DNA from: Callorhinchus milii
Lineage: Eukaryota
Length of the DNA: 64,000 nt
Reading direction: 5' to 3'
NCBI RefSeq assembly: GCF_018977255.1
Contig: NW_024704743.1
Location: forward strand, 65,288,001-65,352,000
Shown: one piece after another, positions 11,101-26,100 of the stretch
Numbering within the stretch: position 1 is the first letter of the stretch
Layout of the letters: the number at the start of each line of letters is the position of its first letter
Position numbers and translations under genes: made by a program
The notes under the pieces: model-generated
Seen by the model: the letters and a program-made list of their open reading frames with translations, nothing else
Told to the model about the DNA's origin: nothing
Databases searched by the model: none

Positions 11101-14100
11101 CTAGCAAGATACAATCTTCAATACTCGCTCATGAAGCATGTCTTTTTGGTAAGGAACCGGAGAGTGATCGATGTCCGCGTAAGCATAAGAGGGAAAAAGA
11201 AAAGTTGCATTACTTTCAGGAGTGGAGAGCAGGGGCAAACATAGGTGAAAGGTCTGCACCCTTACAGAGGGTTGACTCAATTCCGTCATTCCATTAGCAA
11301 TTGGAAAGTCAGCCTGGCTAAGTTGGTTGAACTCTTATCTCTAAGTCATATGGTTGTGTATTCAAGCCCCATATCGGGACATGGAACTGAAACAGTTTAA
11401 ACTGACATTGCAATGCAGTGCTGGGGGTATGCTGATTTGTTGGAAGTTCTGCCTTTCAGCCTGTCCAGGTAAACATTAAAGATCCAAGATGGGATTATTC
11501 TAAAAGAGAAGAGTTTTTCCCAGTGTCCTGACCAACTATCCCTGAAATAAAATTGGTCATTCATTTCATGGCTGTTTGTGAGAGATTGCTGTGTGCATAT
11601 TGGCTGCCACATTTACCCACAAAACACAGAGATCACTCCACTTTACATTATATGCCGTGAAGCACTTTGGGACAACCTATATCAGATGTGAGGATTATTA
11701 TTGTCACCTTAGAGCCAGTTCAGGTCCAAGGAGACCCCACTTATCTCCCCCACATAAAGGATTAATTGGTTCTCCAGGACATGATGTGTGATAAGCAGGT
11801 TGGAGATCGCTAAAGAGCTTTCAGGTAGCCCTCAGAAAATGCAGAGATCCTGGTTACAAGGACAAGGACCTAAATTGTAAAATATAAAGACTTTTAATAA
11901 TTAATTCTTACATTTGATATAGTGTTTTCTCACAACTTCACAAAGTCTGAAAATGCTTCACAGAATATACTATAAAGTGAATTGACTGTATACCTTGTGA
12001 GTGAAATGGTTTCCCAGTTTTTCCACTTCTCTCTTGAAACAACCTTCTGAATTGGTAGTGCCGTACTTTGAAAATGTTATGGCATTACTCAAAAAGAGAA
12101 GGGAGTTTCTCCCATTGTCCTGGCCTCCAGTTAAAATTGGTGATTCACTTTATGGCTGTTCATTATTCATTGTTGTGAAAAAATTGGTTGTTACATTTGC
12201 CTACAAAATATTCTGTCACTACACTTTACGGTAAATCCTGTGAAATGTCCTCCTGACATGAAAGGTGCAATATCAAATCCAAGTATAATAATATCATTAT
12301 TAACTAGGTGACTGCTGGGGTAGAGCTACCTTGACTGTTCTTTAGTCATGGCTCCTCTATGGATCACGAGAAGCCTTAACAACCTTTTCCTTCCCTCTGC
12401 TCGGTGGGCTCTGGCCTGCTCCATGTCCCCTGCCTGCCCGCCTCACCATTGGCGGTCGGGCCTTCAGCCTGTAAAGTGAATTGACTATAAAGTGAATTGT
12501 GGGCGAAACGCAGCAGCCAATTGATCAATTTATTATTTTTTTTCTTGAGGGATTATTATCAGGTGTGTGGAGCAAGGAAAATTGCCCAAGGTTTTGCCCT
12601 GCCAGGTATCGAATCCAGGTCTCTCGCTTGCGAGGCAAGTGCTCTAACCACTGAGCTACAGGGTTGCACATGGTCAATCCTGCTCTTGTTTAGTGTTCAC
12701 ACATGCAAATCTTTCAGCAGAAGTTCTTGGGTAATACTCAGAAGCCTAAAATTTCCCATGATCATAGCAGTAAGTCTGTAAAATGTGAAATAGTGCCAAA
12801 TTTTGAAAACATCTAAAATTTAGTCTTAAATTGGAAGCAGTTTTTTGACAGTTCTTAAAAAAGAGTTTCTGAACTTTGGTGATCTAATTGTTCCATGTAT
12901 GAGCTAGCAAAGCATTTATAATAATAATCCTTGCATTTGATATAGCACCTTATCATGTCATTGAGATTGTAAAGGATTGACTGTGTATTTTGTGGGCAAA
13001 ACGCAGCAGCCAATTGCATACAGCAGAGTCCCGCAACAGTCACGGATTAATGACCAAATTAAAAAAAAAATTATGAGGAATTATTCCCCCTGGAAAGTGA
13101 TCTACCAATTGGGTTCTTACATTGCTAGGTAGGCAGAAGTGTGTGGAGTAAGGAAACGTGCCTAAGGTTTGGTGAAGTTAAAAAGTATTCTGCTGTGGTC
13201 ATGGATTATATTCATGCTCACTGCAGCCTCCTTTCTGAAATCTCCTTACTGTCATTCTTTTCAGCATATTATGTGAACTGAGGTGATGATATCTGGAGGA
13301 CTTCATGCTCCTCTGGGGAGAGATGAAGCTTTAAAGGATATAATTAATATTGTAAATATTAGCGTGGGAAAAGAGAACAAGGGTTGTGAATGTTAGAAGT
13401 GGGAGAGTCCGAAGGAGAACACAAGCACAGTCAGGCTGAGATTCCAGCTGAATTTCAGCTGGAGGTAAGAGTATATATTGCAGTTCAGCAATGCAGTACA
13501 GAACAATAATAATCCTTGCATTTTACATAATGTCAGCCAGGCTTGGTCGGTAGCCATTTTGCCTCTGAGTCACAAGGATGTGGGTTCAAGCCCCACGTTG
13601 GGAGTCTGAACGCATTGTATAGGCTGACAATCCAAAGGAGGTGATGTCCTTCGAATGAGACATTAAACCGACGTCTCGGCTGCCTGTTCAGGTGGATATT
13701 AAAGATCCCAAGACACAATTTGAAAAGAGAAGGGAATTTCCATCTTCTAAAATTGGTCATTCACTTCATGTCTGCTTGTGAGAAATTGCTGTGTGCAAAT
13801 TGCATTTGCTTACAAAACGCACAGTCCTTACACTTTTAATATATCCAGTATGTCCTGTGAAACTCTTTGAGACGTCTTCCTGATGTGAAAGGTGCTTTAT
13901 CAAATGTAAGCATTATTATAATGCCTCATCACATCATTGAAACGTCTCAAAGCGTTTCACTATCAAGTGTGGTAACTGTGGATTTGTAGGCAAATGCAGC
14001 AGCTAATTTTGCACATGGCTGTGACCTCCACAAACAGCCATAAAGCGAATTTTATCTGGATAATTGTTGGCCAGGACACTGGGTGAACTTTTTGAATAGT

Positions 14101-17100
14101 TCCATGGAATCTTTAATGTCCACCTGAATAGCAGACTGGACTTCAGTTTATCATCTCAATTCAATGCTCAATCAGCATTTCAATGGGGTGTCAGTTTAGA
14201 CTGTGAGCTCAAATTCCTGAAATGGAGGTTGAAATCAGAACTTTCTGACTCAGAGACGAGAGTGCTACTGCCTGAGCCAAGCTAAGTAGGACTAAGTAGC
14301 ATTTTTTGCATTGGTTTCATTGCTTGCACTAGTCACTAACAACATTATCAGAGTGTGCGTTTCTGCTGTTTATGGTACTAAAATGTGTAGATTGTGAAAA
14401 TTGTTTTGTAGACTGTAAGGTTAGCAGTTTTGTTAGAAGGCCTATTTGTTTCCTTTCAAACCATGATAGTTTTTGTAATATTTTTCTTTTTCTATTATTT
14501 TGTGCTCAACAAGATAAAATTGTTAATTGAGGGATGTTAATGCTGAGAGCCTTTTCCATTGCAAGCAGCCATCAAGCGCTCCCAGGTCAGGTGGCTCATG
14601 TCCAGATGCAGAGCAAAGCTTTTACTGTTCTGCCACAACAATATTCTTCAGTCCCAGCTTCAGAAAAGCGACCTTTACTGAAGCAGTGACATTTAGGAGT
14701 CCTGTAGCTCTGTAGTCCTGTAGTAGTTAGAGCACTCACCTTGCAAGTGAGAGACCTAGGTTCGATTCCTGGCAGGGTGAAACCTTGGACAAGTTTCCTT
14801 ACTCCACACGCCTATAAATAGGAATACGGTTATTAGTCAATTGGCGAATTGCTTTTTCTTAAATCCTTGAAAAAATCAATAATAATTTTGTCACTCAATC
14901 CACAACTGTTTATGGGACACGGTTGGGTGCAATTGGCTGCTGCGTTTTGCGCACAAATATACAGTCAATTCACTTTACAGTATATTCTGTGAATCACTTT
15001 GAGACGTCTAGAAGAGGTGAAAAGTGCTATATCAAATGCAAGGATTATTATTACTATTATTTCTATTCTCAACCTTTCATGCAGCCTCTCTGAGTAAGGT
15101 ACCTGTTATGTTTGAACATCACAAGAAAGGCTTCAATAAAAAGGTCCTTCTGCCCATTTGATTTAATCGTTCCAGAACACCAACCCATCGTTCCCCATTA
15201 TAGCATCAAGCTGTTTTTGAAATGAGTGCAGCATCCCAGCCTAGTTCCACAGTTATGTGTTTTGGGTCCATGCCCCTGGGAACTGGCCTGAGGTTACACA
15301 AACTCATTTCAAAGAGAACTCTTACAGCCAACTGAGCGAGTTCGGAGCCTTTCATCCTATCAGTCTGGGTTGGATTCAAACCCAGGTCCCAGAGGTGAAG
15401 GATAGAGTGCTCACTGATTGTGGCACCCAATCTCATTTCTTACACACTTAAGGTTTACAGCCTATCTAGCCTGCTGCATCACTCCTTCCAGTAAAATGTA
15501 ATGTCCCCGAAAATGAACAAGACGTTCTCCAGATAGTTTCTCCTCAGTTCACACTGTGATGAATGATTTGCGGAAAATAACACCAAAGAGATATTGAAAT
15601 GAAATCATTTCTGAAGGTGGCTGGAAGTGGGTTGACCATCTCCCACCTCCACCATACCTGATAGAGCTCCCGTCTTGCCTTTCCCTGTCTGCAGCCCACC
15701 CAGCTTCTGTTTCATGTTCTTCTGGCAGGTGGTGGGCGAGTCGGGGCAGGGGGACACTCTATATCCTATACAATGCAAGTTGTTGTAGTCATGGCTGGAC
15801 AGATACCATACATCCTGTATTTGCAATCAGTGCAGGCACAGAGGAAAGTAGTATAACAAGAGAAGGCATAAAGTGGGTGTTGACCATTTATGTAAGCAGC
15901 TTGTTATCCTGTGGACTGATCTTTTCTGTTAAACTATTGCAGGGACCAGCTGGTACCGAGGTTGCTATAATTTCACACTATTGGCCACTTGGAAGCCAAG
16001 GTTCCAGATACCAAACTTGATGGGCCCTGCTCAATGCTCCAAGCATTGTCTTAAGGAAAGGTAAAGTTCTTTTGTACAATGTTTTTCAATTGCCATTCAT
16101 GAATGAAATATGCAGGGTTTTTTTTTAACAATAATGATAATACATCCTCCTGAAGTGAAGACACTATAATAATATTTACACTAAGTATAGTGGCTTTCAT
16201 GTTGGGAGGACATCTCAAAGTACTTTAAAGTTGACTTTATGTGGCTGTACGCAGCAGCCAATATGCACACAACAATGTCCCCACAAACAGCCATGAAATG
16301 ATTGACCAATTTTATTTGGTCAGGGGAGCGGGAGAAACTCTGTTCTCTTTTCGAAGAGGCCTTTAATGTCCACCTAAACAGGTGAGCAGGACCTTGATTT
16401 AATATCTCACCAGAAGGACAGCACCTCCACAACACAGTGCACTCCCAGCACTACATTGAAGTGTCATCTTAAATAATAATAATAATCCTTGCATTTGATA
16501 TAGTGCTTTTCACGTCTTCTAGACGTCCCAAAGCGCTTCACAGAATATACTGTAAAGTGAATTGACTGTATATTTGTGGCGAACGCAGCAGCCAATTGTG
16601 CACAGCAATGTCCCACAAACAGTTGTAGATTGAAAATGACCAATTTATTATTGTTTTTTGTTTTGGAGGGATTATTATTAGGTGTGTGGAGTAAGGAAAC
16701 TTGCCCAAGGTTTCGCCCTGTCTGGAATTGAACTCAGGTCTCTCACTTACAAAGTGAGTGCTCTAACCACTGAGCTACAGGACTCCAATCTTAGACTATG
16801 AGTTTCAAGTCTTGATGTGGGCTTGAACTCACATCCTCTCTCAGATGCTGACATACCATATCAAATGTAAGGATTATTATTTGTCTCCAGAAGTAAGCCA
16901 GTAGCTAGAGACAATTAGCAGTGTAAAATGGTTGACTCTTCTGGTTCTGGATCTGTTCAGAATCGACTCGGAGTTGGATCTCTTGTTGTTTCCACAAACA
17001 GGAAATCCCACTTGATAGCGAACAGTTGGAAAGCCGGAATTAGTTGTCCTGGAGATGTTCCTGATCTGTGCAGATGACTTGATCTTATCGCATATGTATC

Positions 17101-20100
17101 ACAATGATGTGGTCAAGACTTGAACTGTATGAGAGTTTTATTTGGGATCTCTGCTAGCCGAATAACACAAGTAAAATCACCCAAAAAGTCAGGGGCAAAA
17201 TTGCCTATATTTAAAAGACATCTCCGCCCTACATTCTGTGATTCTTTCTGGTATCCTACAGTATGTCACAATATATTGTAGTAACTCTGCTCTGACTCAA
17301 TCTACTTCAAGTGTTCCCATAGGTCAAATATTAATTAATTCCTCCATAAGGAATCCTGTTACCAATGCTGAAGATGATTTATTGTGTGACAATAAATGGT
17401 CTTAGTATTTACTTCAATCTTAACACTCATTGCAATGCTATGATATGTAATGATACTTTTTTCTAATTTTGTCATATCAGTATCATACAGTTTATATAAT
17501 ATAGCACTTTTCATGTAAGGAGAATATTTCAAAGTGCTTTACAGAGATATAATTACAGAGGCGCTATACAAATGTCATTTGCCGTCGTCATTGTGATGTC
17601 TCCTTGGGGTTGATCTGGCTCCAAGGTGATGTAATTGCCAATATATCAGAATGGAGTGGATGCTTTGTAGAGGTCTCCATAGTTTGGTTCCTGAGCAATG
17701 TGGGTTTGCAGTCCTCCAAGCCACTGTTGATAAATGCAAGAAAACATAAACAGGCTAGCAGAATGGGAAAACAGATGGCAAATTAAATTTAATGTAGGAA
17801 ATGCCATGTAATTGACTTCAGCAGAAGGCTGAATAAAGAAGGCTTCTGTAATCTAGATGGAAGGAACCTAAGAGGAGTAGAGGAGCAAAGAGATCTGGGG
17901 ATTCAGATCCACAAATCTCTAAAAGCAACTACATAAGGCTATAAAAAGGCCAATGGGGTCTTGCGCTTTGTATTCAGAGGGATAGAATATAAAGGTGAGG
18001 TTGTGATGTTGAATTTTACAAAACTTTGGTTAGACTACATTCAGAGTATTGTATCCAATTTCAGACTCACGCTATAGTAACGATGGAAAGAGTACAGCGT
18101 AGGTTTCCTAGGATCATATCAGGGCTGGCAGGTTACTGCTGGCAGGATAGACTGGATAGGGATTTTTCGTGAGAGAAGAAATGTTTAAGAGAGGCATAAT
18201 AGAAGTAATTAAAATTAAAAAAGGGTTCAATAAAGTTAACATAAATAGACTGTTTCCACTGGTTGGAGAGTCTGTTATCAGGGACACAAGTATAAGATAG
18301 CAACCTATGGTGACTTATCCTTTTGCCCCCATCCCATCCTCCCTGCTTGGCATCTGTCACTTCCACTATGAGACATTCTACGCTAAGAAATGCAACTTTT
18401 TGTTAATAATACAGAGTAGCTGCTCTCGGATATTGTTGGTCAGAATAAATCCCTCAGTCTTTTTCACAAAAACGTCTTCCCAGGGAGAGGAATTTTCATT
18501 TAAAAAAAAGTATTTATGTTGCTGCCCTTGATGTTCCAAACATTTTATGTTAAAGGTTGCAGCAAGCTTGGCTCCTGTAATCCATGATATTCTTGAAGCA
18601 GATAATTAGTCACAGCACGGTCCCAAGGGACTGAATGTTCAGAATGCACTGATGGCACAGAACCTTTCCCAAGTCCAGCCCCTTCTGCAGCATAAATAGG
18701 CTTTAACGACATGCCCTCAGGACATGTGAACCCAAGTTGCAATGTTTTGCTTGACAGCAAGGTGTCTATCAGCCATGTGGTGGCTATGAAGAAAGTGGAT
18801 ATCAAAGAAATACCGTCCATTTCACTAAATTATTATACATGAGCTGGAGAGGCAATAAGCAAAAGGAAACTTAAATATCTCACACTTCACCAAAGTTACT
18901 TATAACTTTTCAGTAAATATACTGGAGATCTGAAGGAAACAGGGGAATGGTCAGAGCCACAAAATGTTTTATATTCTTAGCCTTTGAAAGGGGGTGGGGG
19001 TGGGGAGGGAGGGGAAGGGGGTGGCCGATGGAATGGACAAAGAGGAGGGTCTTGAGGCGGGATATTAGACACTATCTAATGACCAGATGATGTGTAGAGA
19101 AACCCCATTATAGCACTCTTCGATATGGTGCTGCCCTATTATTAGTGCAGGTCTCCTGTGGACACAAGCTGACTAGAATGTTCCACATTTACTTTCCGGT
19201 GTTATTTAGATGGCTCCCATGCTAAAAAGATAGTGGTACTTCCAGGTTATTAGGTCACCGATGATGTTATTTCCGGTATGTAACACATGCACATAATGTC
19301 GAGAAAGCCTCCACACCTTTCCAGGGAAATTAATTCCACGTCTTCACAAACCTCTGTGTGAAAAAATGCTTCCTGACCACAGTTTTAACTGTCTTAATTC
19401 TGATTTTGGAAAATAAAAACCTAAATGGGGTAGAGGAGCAAAGGGATCTAGGGGTATACATACATAATTCACTAAAAGTAGCAACGCAGGTTAATAAAGC
19501 CATTTAAAAAAAGCAAACCAGACATTCGGGTTCATTTCTAGAGGGATAGAAATGAAGAGCAGGGAAGTTATGGTAAACTGCTTTAGCCCTTGGTTAGACC
19601 CCACTTAGAATACTGTGTGCAGTTCTGATTCCCACATTATAGAAGGGATGTAGAGGCACTGGAGAGGGAGCAAAGGAGATTCACAAGGATGATCCCAGAA
19701 CTGAGAGGTTATACCTATCAGGAAAGGCTGAACATACTTGGAGCTCTTTTCTCTTGAACAGAGGAGTATAAGGGTGACCTGATAGAGGTCTTTAAAATGA
19801 TGAAAGGTTGTGATAGGGTAGACATAGGGAAGATGTTTCCACTTGTAAGGGAGACCATCAATATAAAATAGTCACAAATAGATCAAATAGGAAAGTCGAA
19901 GAAATTTCTTCACACAGAGAGTAGTGGGAATGTGGAGCATGCTACCACAAGGAGTTGTTGAGGCAAATAGCATAGATGTATTTAAGGGAATGCCAAATAG
20001 TACATGAGGGAGAAAGGAATAGAAGGTTATTCTTGAAGGCTTAGTTGAGGAAGGGCAGGAGCAGGCTTATATGGAGCATAAACACTGGCACAGACCAGTT

Positions 20101-23100
20101 GGGCTGAATGGCCTGTTTCTATGCTGTATATTCTAATGTGTTCTAATGTATTTTAAGGCAATGCTCCCTTGTAATGTATCTCTCTACCAGAGGGAAGAGT
20201 TGTCCACTATATTAACTGTTAATTCCTTCTATTATTATAAATATCTCAATCAACTCATCCTATTGACATTGTCTGCACAGAAAAGGTTCATTCAACCCTT
20301 TATATCTGTGCCAGATTCTTTGTTTCTGCTGAGTTCAGAGACATACCACATACAGACAAGACTCCTACCATTGTATTGCTTGGCTCTTCACCATTGCTAA
20401 CATTTTTGCAGTAGCATTCAGAAGTTCAGGCCATGAGACAGAAGAGTAATCTGTGCATATAGCTGTAATTGCTTTTCTTTTGAATGGAGCAAAAGTTTGT
20501 GGGTAACATTGATGGGAATATGAATATTATCAGTGGAGTTAAACACGCTAAATATATGTAATATTGAATACTTGGGGAAGAGTGTGAAGCCAAGAACTGT
20601 TCTTGCTTATCGCCATGAAACCGATTAGCTGGAGTTTTACTGATACAGGTACATTTGTGTTTATTAACAACTATTCTTGTGAAAGCTCATCCAACCTTCA
20701 ATTATAGATTTGTCTCCTTCAGTTACAGAGTTAATTACAGACTGGAGGTTTGTCACTCCATATGAACCTGTGAATGTTTGTAATATATTAATTGAAACCG
20801 GGCAAACCACTGTTGCAGTGGTATATTGTGAAAACCTAGAACCCAACGGATTAAAGTTTCCAATGGAAGAAAGTTTCTCCTGGTGTTCTGCCCAACAATT
20901 CTCCAGATAAATTGGACATTCACTTCATGCCTACAGTATTTCCCTACAGTTACTACACTTGACAGCAAAGCCCTGTGATGCGCTTTGAGACATTTGAGAA
21001 ATGTCATTGTTGTAGGCACCTGTATCAACTGGCCCCTTTAATTATTATGCATTATTGGGATCAATAAGATCCTAGCCTTTGGTTTCTCTGATGCATGCTC
21101 ACAGCAGGCAGACTCGCTTCCTATGTGAGAGCCGTTATCTGACACTAATAAAGCTGGCCAACTTCTCAGTCATCAGATCCCAAGTAACATCACCGTCTCG
21201 CCCGCCCCACCATTGGCAGGTGGGCCTTCAGCCACTCTTCCCCCACCCTCTATAACTCCATCCCGCAGTCCTCCACCTGGCCCCCTCCCTTGCATCCTTC
21301 AAGACCCATCTCAAGATCCTCCTCTTCAACCGTGCTTTCGATTACCCTCCTTCCTCACCCTCCCTGATCCTGACCCCCCCCAGCTCGGGTCCGAAACACT
21401 GATAGTCCAGCACCTTGGGACGTCCTACTGATGTGAAAGGCACAATACTAATGTATTTTCTTCTTGTTGTTGTTACTGTGCATATGCAAATCAGAAAGTG
21501 ATGTTGTTGACAACCTGATAACCCAGAAATCATCTGTTTCTGTCTGGACAGCAAATCTGGAAGTGATGTTGGTTGTGACATAATAACCCAGATGTACAAC
21601 AATAACAATTCCTTGTATTTGATACAGCGCTTTTTCACATCTTCTAAACGACTCAAAGGACTTCACAGAATATACTGTAAAATGAATTGACTGTATATTT
21701 GTGGGAGAACAAATTGGGGGTAAGGTACAGTCGGAGGTGGGCAATATGGCGGAGGAGGAAGAAGGTGGTCCTGGTCAGGAACTGGATGTGGGGGAGGAAA
21801 GACAGGTGGGGGTCAAACCAGATGCCTAGATTGTGCACTGGTTCAGTGGGTCTGAGGTAGAGCCCAGGGAGGTTGAGATATTCAGATCCGCAGGAGTGAA
21901 GATGTTGATGGGAGCCAAGAGTATGGCTTCCATCTTGTCCGCATACAGCTGCAGGAAGTTTACACTCATCCAGGTCCTGATGTCTGCCAGACAAACTGAT
22001 AGAACATTGGAGGACCTGGAGTTGGTACTGGAGGAGGCAAAGTAGATTTGTGTGTCATCCACATATATGTGGAAGTTTACCCCGTGTCTACGAATGACAT
22101 TGCCCAGAGGTACCCGCAGGTGACTGGGCAGGGACGGGAGGAGAAGCCATTTGCCAAGATGAAATGGAGGTGGTTGGTTAAGTAGGACACAAACCATATG
22201 AGTGCAGTCCCACTAAAGGGATAATCCAAGGCCTTCACAGATATGGCCATTTTTGCACAAAAAACAGCCAATGCTAACTGAATTTGCGTAACAAGGAAGT
22301 GTGTTATAAAAAGGCTTCACCCTATGTCTTGAAGATCCTTGACTTGATATTAAAATCCTTACATAGTCTTGCTTCTCCCTAACCTTCCAATCTCTTCCAT
22401 TCATTTGATTCTGGTCCATTCTTAATTTTTCACTTCCCTAATCCCACCATTGTTGGCCGAACCTTTAGCCACTAGGATCCTCTACCTTCTGGAAATCTCT
22501 TCTTAAATCTCTTTGCCTCACTTTCTGTCTGCTTTCACAACCTTTTGAAAAACATATCTTTATAATCTATAGAAGCATCCTTAATTCTCCTTTCTCTCTG
22601 CTTGGTGCCCCTAAATGTTATGCCTTTGAAATGCATCAAGATGTTCACTCTAGGTGAAAGATGCAAGTTGTTGCTGTGATAGTCATAGTTTTTCAAAAAC
22701 TAAATCAAAATTTTCTGTAAAGCATAGTTTTTGAAATCACATTTTAAACCATCAATGATGACCTTGTTTAAACTAGTTATGTAACCTGTAATTGTAGATG
22801 CTGACGCAGAAATAAAATACACAAAGCAATTCTAAATACAAGGCATTAGTTCAGTGAGGTTCACAATGAACAATTACAAGCTGGCATAGTTCCCAAGTCA
22901 TATGCTGTGTTATCAGGTTTTGTTATCGGATTTCTCTTCATTCATTTCTTGAGTTTCAGTGTTACCAAGGAAACTGGTGCAGTTTATTAAGGAGTCTTAT
23001 CCTTCCCCACTGCCAGGTTGAGGCATCTGACAAACACCTCGGTAAAGTAAGCCTCTCAGAGTGTACCTCCTGAGCAGTTCTGGAACATTTCACTGAAGCT

Positions 23101-26100
23101 GTAAATCAGTTTCCTCTTACTTGTTTTAGAAATATATTTTCTTTGACAATTTTCTCCTGTCAGCTTCCTCTAGCTAAGGCATTTGACTTTTTTGCCCTGC
23201 TTCTGGAGGAAAAAAAGATTTTATGTTTTTTCCTTTTATAAGTGCTCTGTGACACTAACCCCACCCGTGAAGGGTGCTATATAAATTCAAGTTGTTGTTG
23301 TTGTTAGACAACATTTGTTGGACTACATTGGAATCAAGTACTCTTCAGTACTTTGCCCAAGTGGAGAATGCATGTGAGTCCAGACAGTGAGTCTTGGCAG
23401 ACTATTGGATTGGGAGAGACATCACAGCCAGGCTGGATTCTGTCCTCACACAATGACCACATATTCTTTCCTATCAGCAGTGGACTCCGGATAACAAACT
23501 GGAGGGGGAGCTTTGGCTGATCATTCAGTCTTGAAACAGAAGGTGGGAGTCACTTGTAGCACCCCCAGATGCTACCCCAGTTGAGGTTTGTTAACTCAGT
23601 CGTCCAGGACACAAAGCAGTAACTTTCTGGTTTGTGTGACCAGATGGTGAATTTACACATTACAGCAAAAACAACAACCTGAATTTATTGAGCGCCCTTC
23701 ACGCAGGATAGTGTCTCGGAGCATTAAGCATCTGGGTTAACTTGGATATGTGGCAGGTAATGAACTGAATCTTAAAAAACTCAAAATTGGCCAGTTTATT
23801 ACAATTAGATGGATTTACACATGTGTACACATATGGAATTACACATGTTCTAATTACAATTAGACATGTCACAATTGACATGTCTCTGTGTCTGGAATGG
23901 AATGTACACTCTCTTATCTAATTCTGGAGAATATTAAGTGCAAGTTCAATAAGCCAAGACTTGGGAATCCCAGAGAGTGCGCTGGAATCTTACTGGGCTT
24001 TAACCACCTAAAACCCCGAAGCTTTTCATTGTAACTTCTTGCTGTTTATCAGACCATATATCCCATTAGAGCTTTGGTTTTCAGGCTGCTGAGTGGGAAG
24101 GATCCCTGCTCCCAGTCTGCCCCTCCAAATCCTGCTGACGAAACAGGATGGTTGCTGTGTCCTAGAGTACTCGTGGAGTCCTGTAGCTCAGTGGTTAGAG
24201 CACTCGCCTTGCAAGCGAGACACCTGGGTTCAATGCCAAGCAGGGCGAAACCTTGGGCACATTTCCTTTCTCAACACACCTGATAATAATCCCTTCAAAA
24301 CAATAATAAATTGGTCATTTTCAATCCACGACTGTCTGTGGGACACTGCTGTGCGCAATTAGCTGCTGCGTTTCGCCCACTAATATACAGTCAATTCACT
24401 TTACAGCATATTATGTGAAGCGCTTTGAGACGTCTAGAAGATGTGAAAAGCGTATTATCAAATGCAAGGATTATTATTATTATTACTGCGGATTCTCCTA
24501 GCTCAGGAACTGGACGACCAAGACCACCACAGTGTATGGACCCAAATATGATATGCAGTGCCTGGTGTGTCATCATGGAGTTTGCTCAGCTGAAAGTAGA
24601 CCCTCCCTATCTCCCCTCTCCCCACCACCACCACTCCCACCCTCCACAAGGAGGAGACTCATTGGACGAATGAGATATATGCACATTCCTGAAGTGAACA
24701 AGCTCCAGTTTACAAACAATGATAATCCTTAATCCTTCATTTGATATCACTTCTTCGAGAAGTCTCAAATTGCTTCACAGGCTATGTAGTGTACAGTGGT
24801 GTGACTGTGTATTTTAGTGGATGGAATACTCTTACACACACAACACACACATGCATATGTATATACACACATACCATGCACATATGCACACAATTATTTC
24901 TCTAACCACAAACTGGTCCATTATTAAATTTGGATTAGCTATAGCTATCGAAGACTGAAGGTTTTGTTGTAAATATTTGATATGTTCCTGCCTCGTCAGT
25001 ATGTAAGAAATGTTTAATCTGAACTGGAGAAGTAACATTTGTGTTATTCCTTACATTTGCACTGAGTGTAATACACTGACAAGTAATGCATTCCCCTCTC
25101 TCTCCCATCTCCATTTTCAAACTCGATTTTGCTGATATGTTGGATTTCTATACTTGCGGTGACAGATGATGGGTTTGGGGTTTTTTTGGCCCTTGAAGAG
25201 TGTGGTAAATTTACTGTAAGGTGTAGGCAAATGTGCCAGCCAATTTGCACTCAGTAATGTCTTGCAAACAATCATGAAGTGAACGATCAATTTTATCTGA
25301 GGAATCATTGGCCATGACACCAGAAGAAACGTCCTGACTGAAAATCCTGCAGATAAGACCTCATGGTTTCTCCTAAGTGATAATCTTTAAATTTAACTTT
25401 GTAGAGGTAAAGTTTTGCTAGCATCTACATGCTCCCTCTTGGGGATGTCATCCGCAGACATGGGGTACACTTCCACATGTATGCAGATGACACCCAACTC
25501 TATTTTTCCATCTCTCTTTGCGACCCCCAGTCCCCTGATGTTCTGTCAGCCTGCCTGGCAGATCTCAGGGGCTGGATGAGTGCAAATTTCCTTCAGTTGA
25601 ACGTTGACAAGACGGAAGCCATACTCTTTGGCTCTCGTCAATGTCTAAAATCTCATGGCTCTCACCTCCTCCATCTGCCCGACCTCCTCCTAAAACTCTC
25701 TGAACCCGTACGCAACCTAGGCGTCAGGTTTGACCCCCAATTATCCTTCTTCTCCCACATCAGGTCCCTCACCGGCACCCCCTTCTACCACCTCCGACGC
25801 ATCACCCGTCTCCGCCAATACCTCTCCCCAAAAACCGCTGAAACCCTGGTCCATGCCATTGTCACCTCTCGGCTGGACTACTCTAATGCCCTCCTCGCCG
25901 GTCTCCCATCCACTATCATCCATAAAATCCAAATCATTCAAAACTCTGCTGCCTGCATTCTCACTCGCAAGAAACTCCGCTCCCCGATCACCCCAGTCCT
26001 TGCCAGACTGCACTGGCTGCCTATCCCAGAGAGGATCGATTTCAAGATCCTCACCCTTGTATTCAAGTCTCTGCACTCCTCCGCACCCCCCTACCTCTCT

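Noticed and set aside
13265..13464. Segment bounded by a strong acceptor (ttttcag) and donor (GAG|gtaaga)
   Set aside because: Stop codons in all three frames; at most a non-coding or poison exon, with no further support.
18545..18820. 91-aa minus-strand ORF with a hydrophobic N-terminus (possible nested gene)
   Set aside because: No recognisable motif, no supporting splice or poly(A) structure; length within chance expectation.
20708..20910. Exon-like ORF ([22 protein letters not shown]...) in intron 2
   Set aside because: Its acceptors give phase 1 whereas intron 2 is phase 2, there is no good donor, and it would split the WSC domain.
24175..24246. tRNA-Ala(TGC)-like sequence (also at 52025, 56484, 14696 and near 16715 on the minus strand)
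   Set aside because: Always fused to the same SINE body and (ATT)n tail, with an imperfect acceptor stem; these are SINE heads, not tRNA genes.
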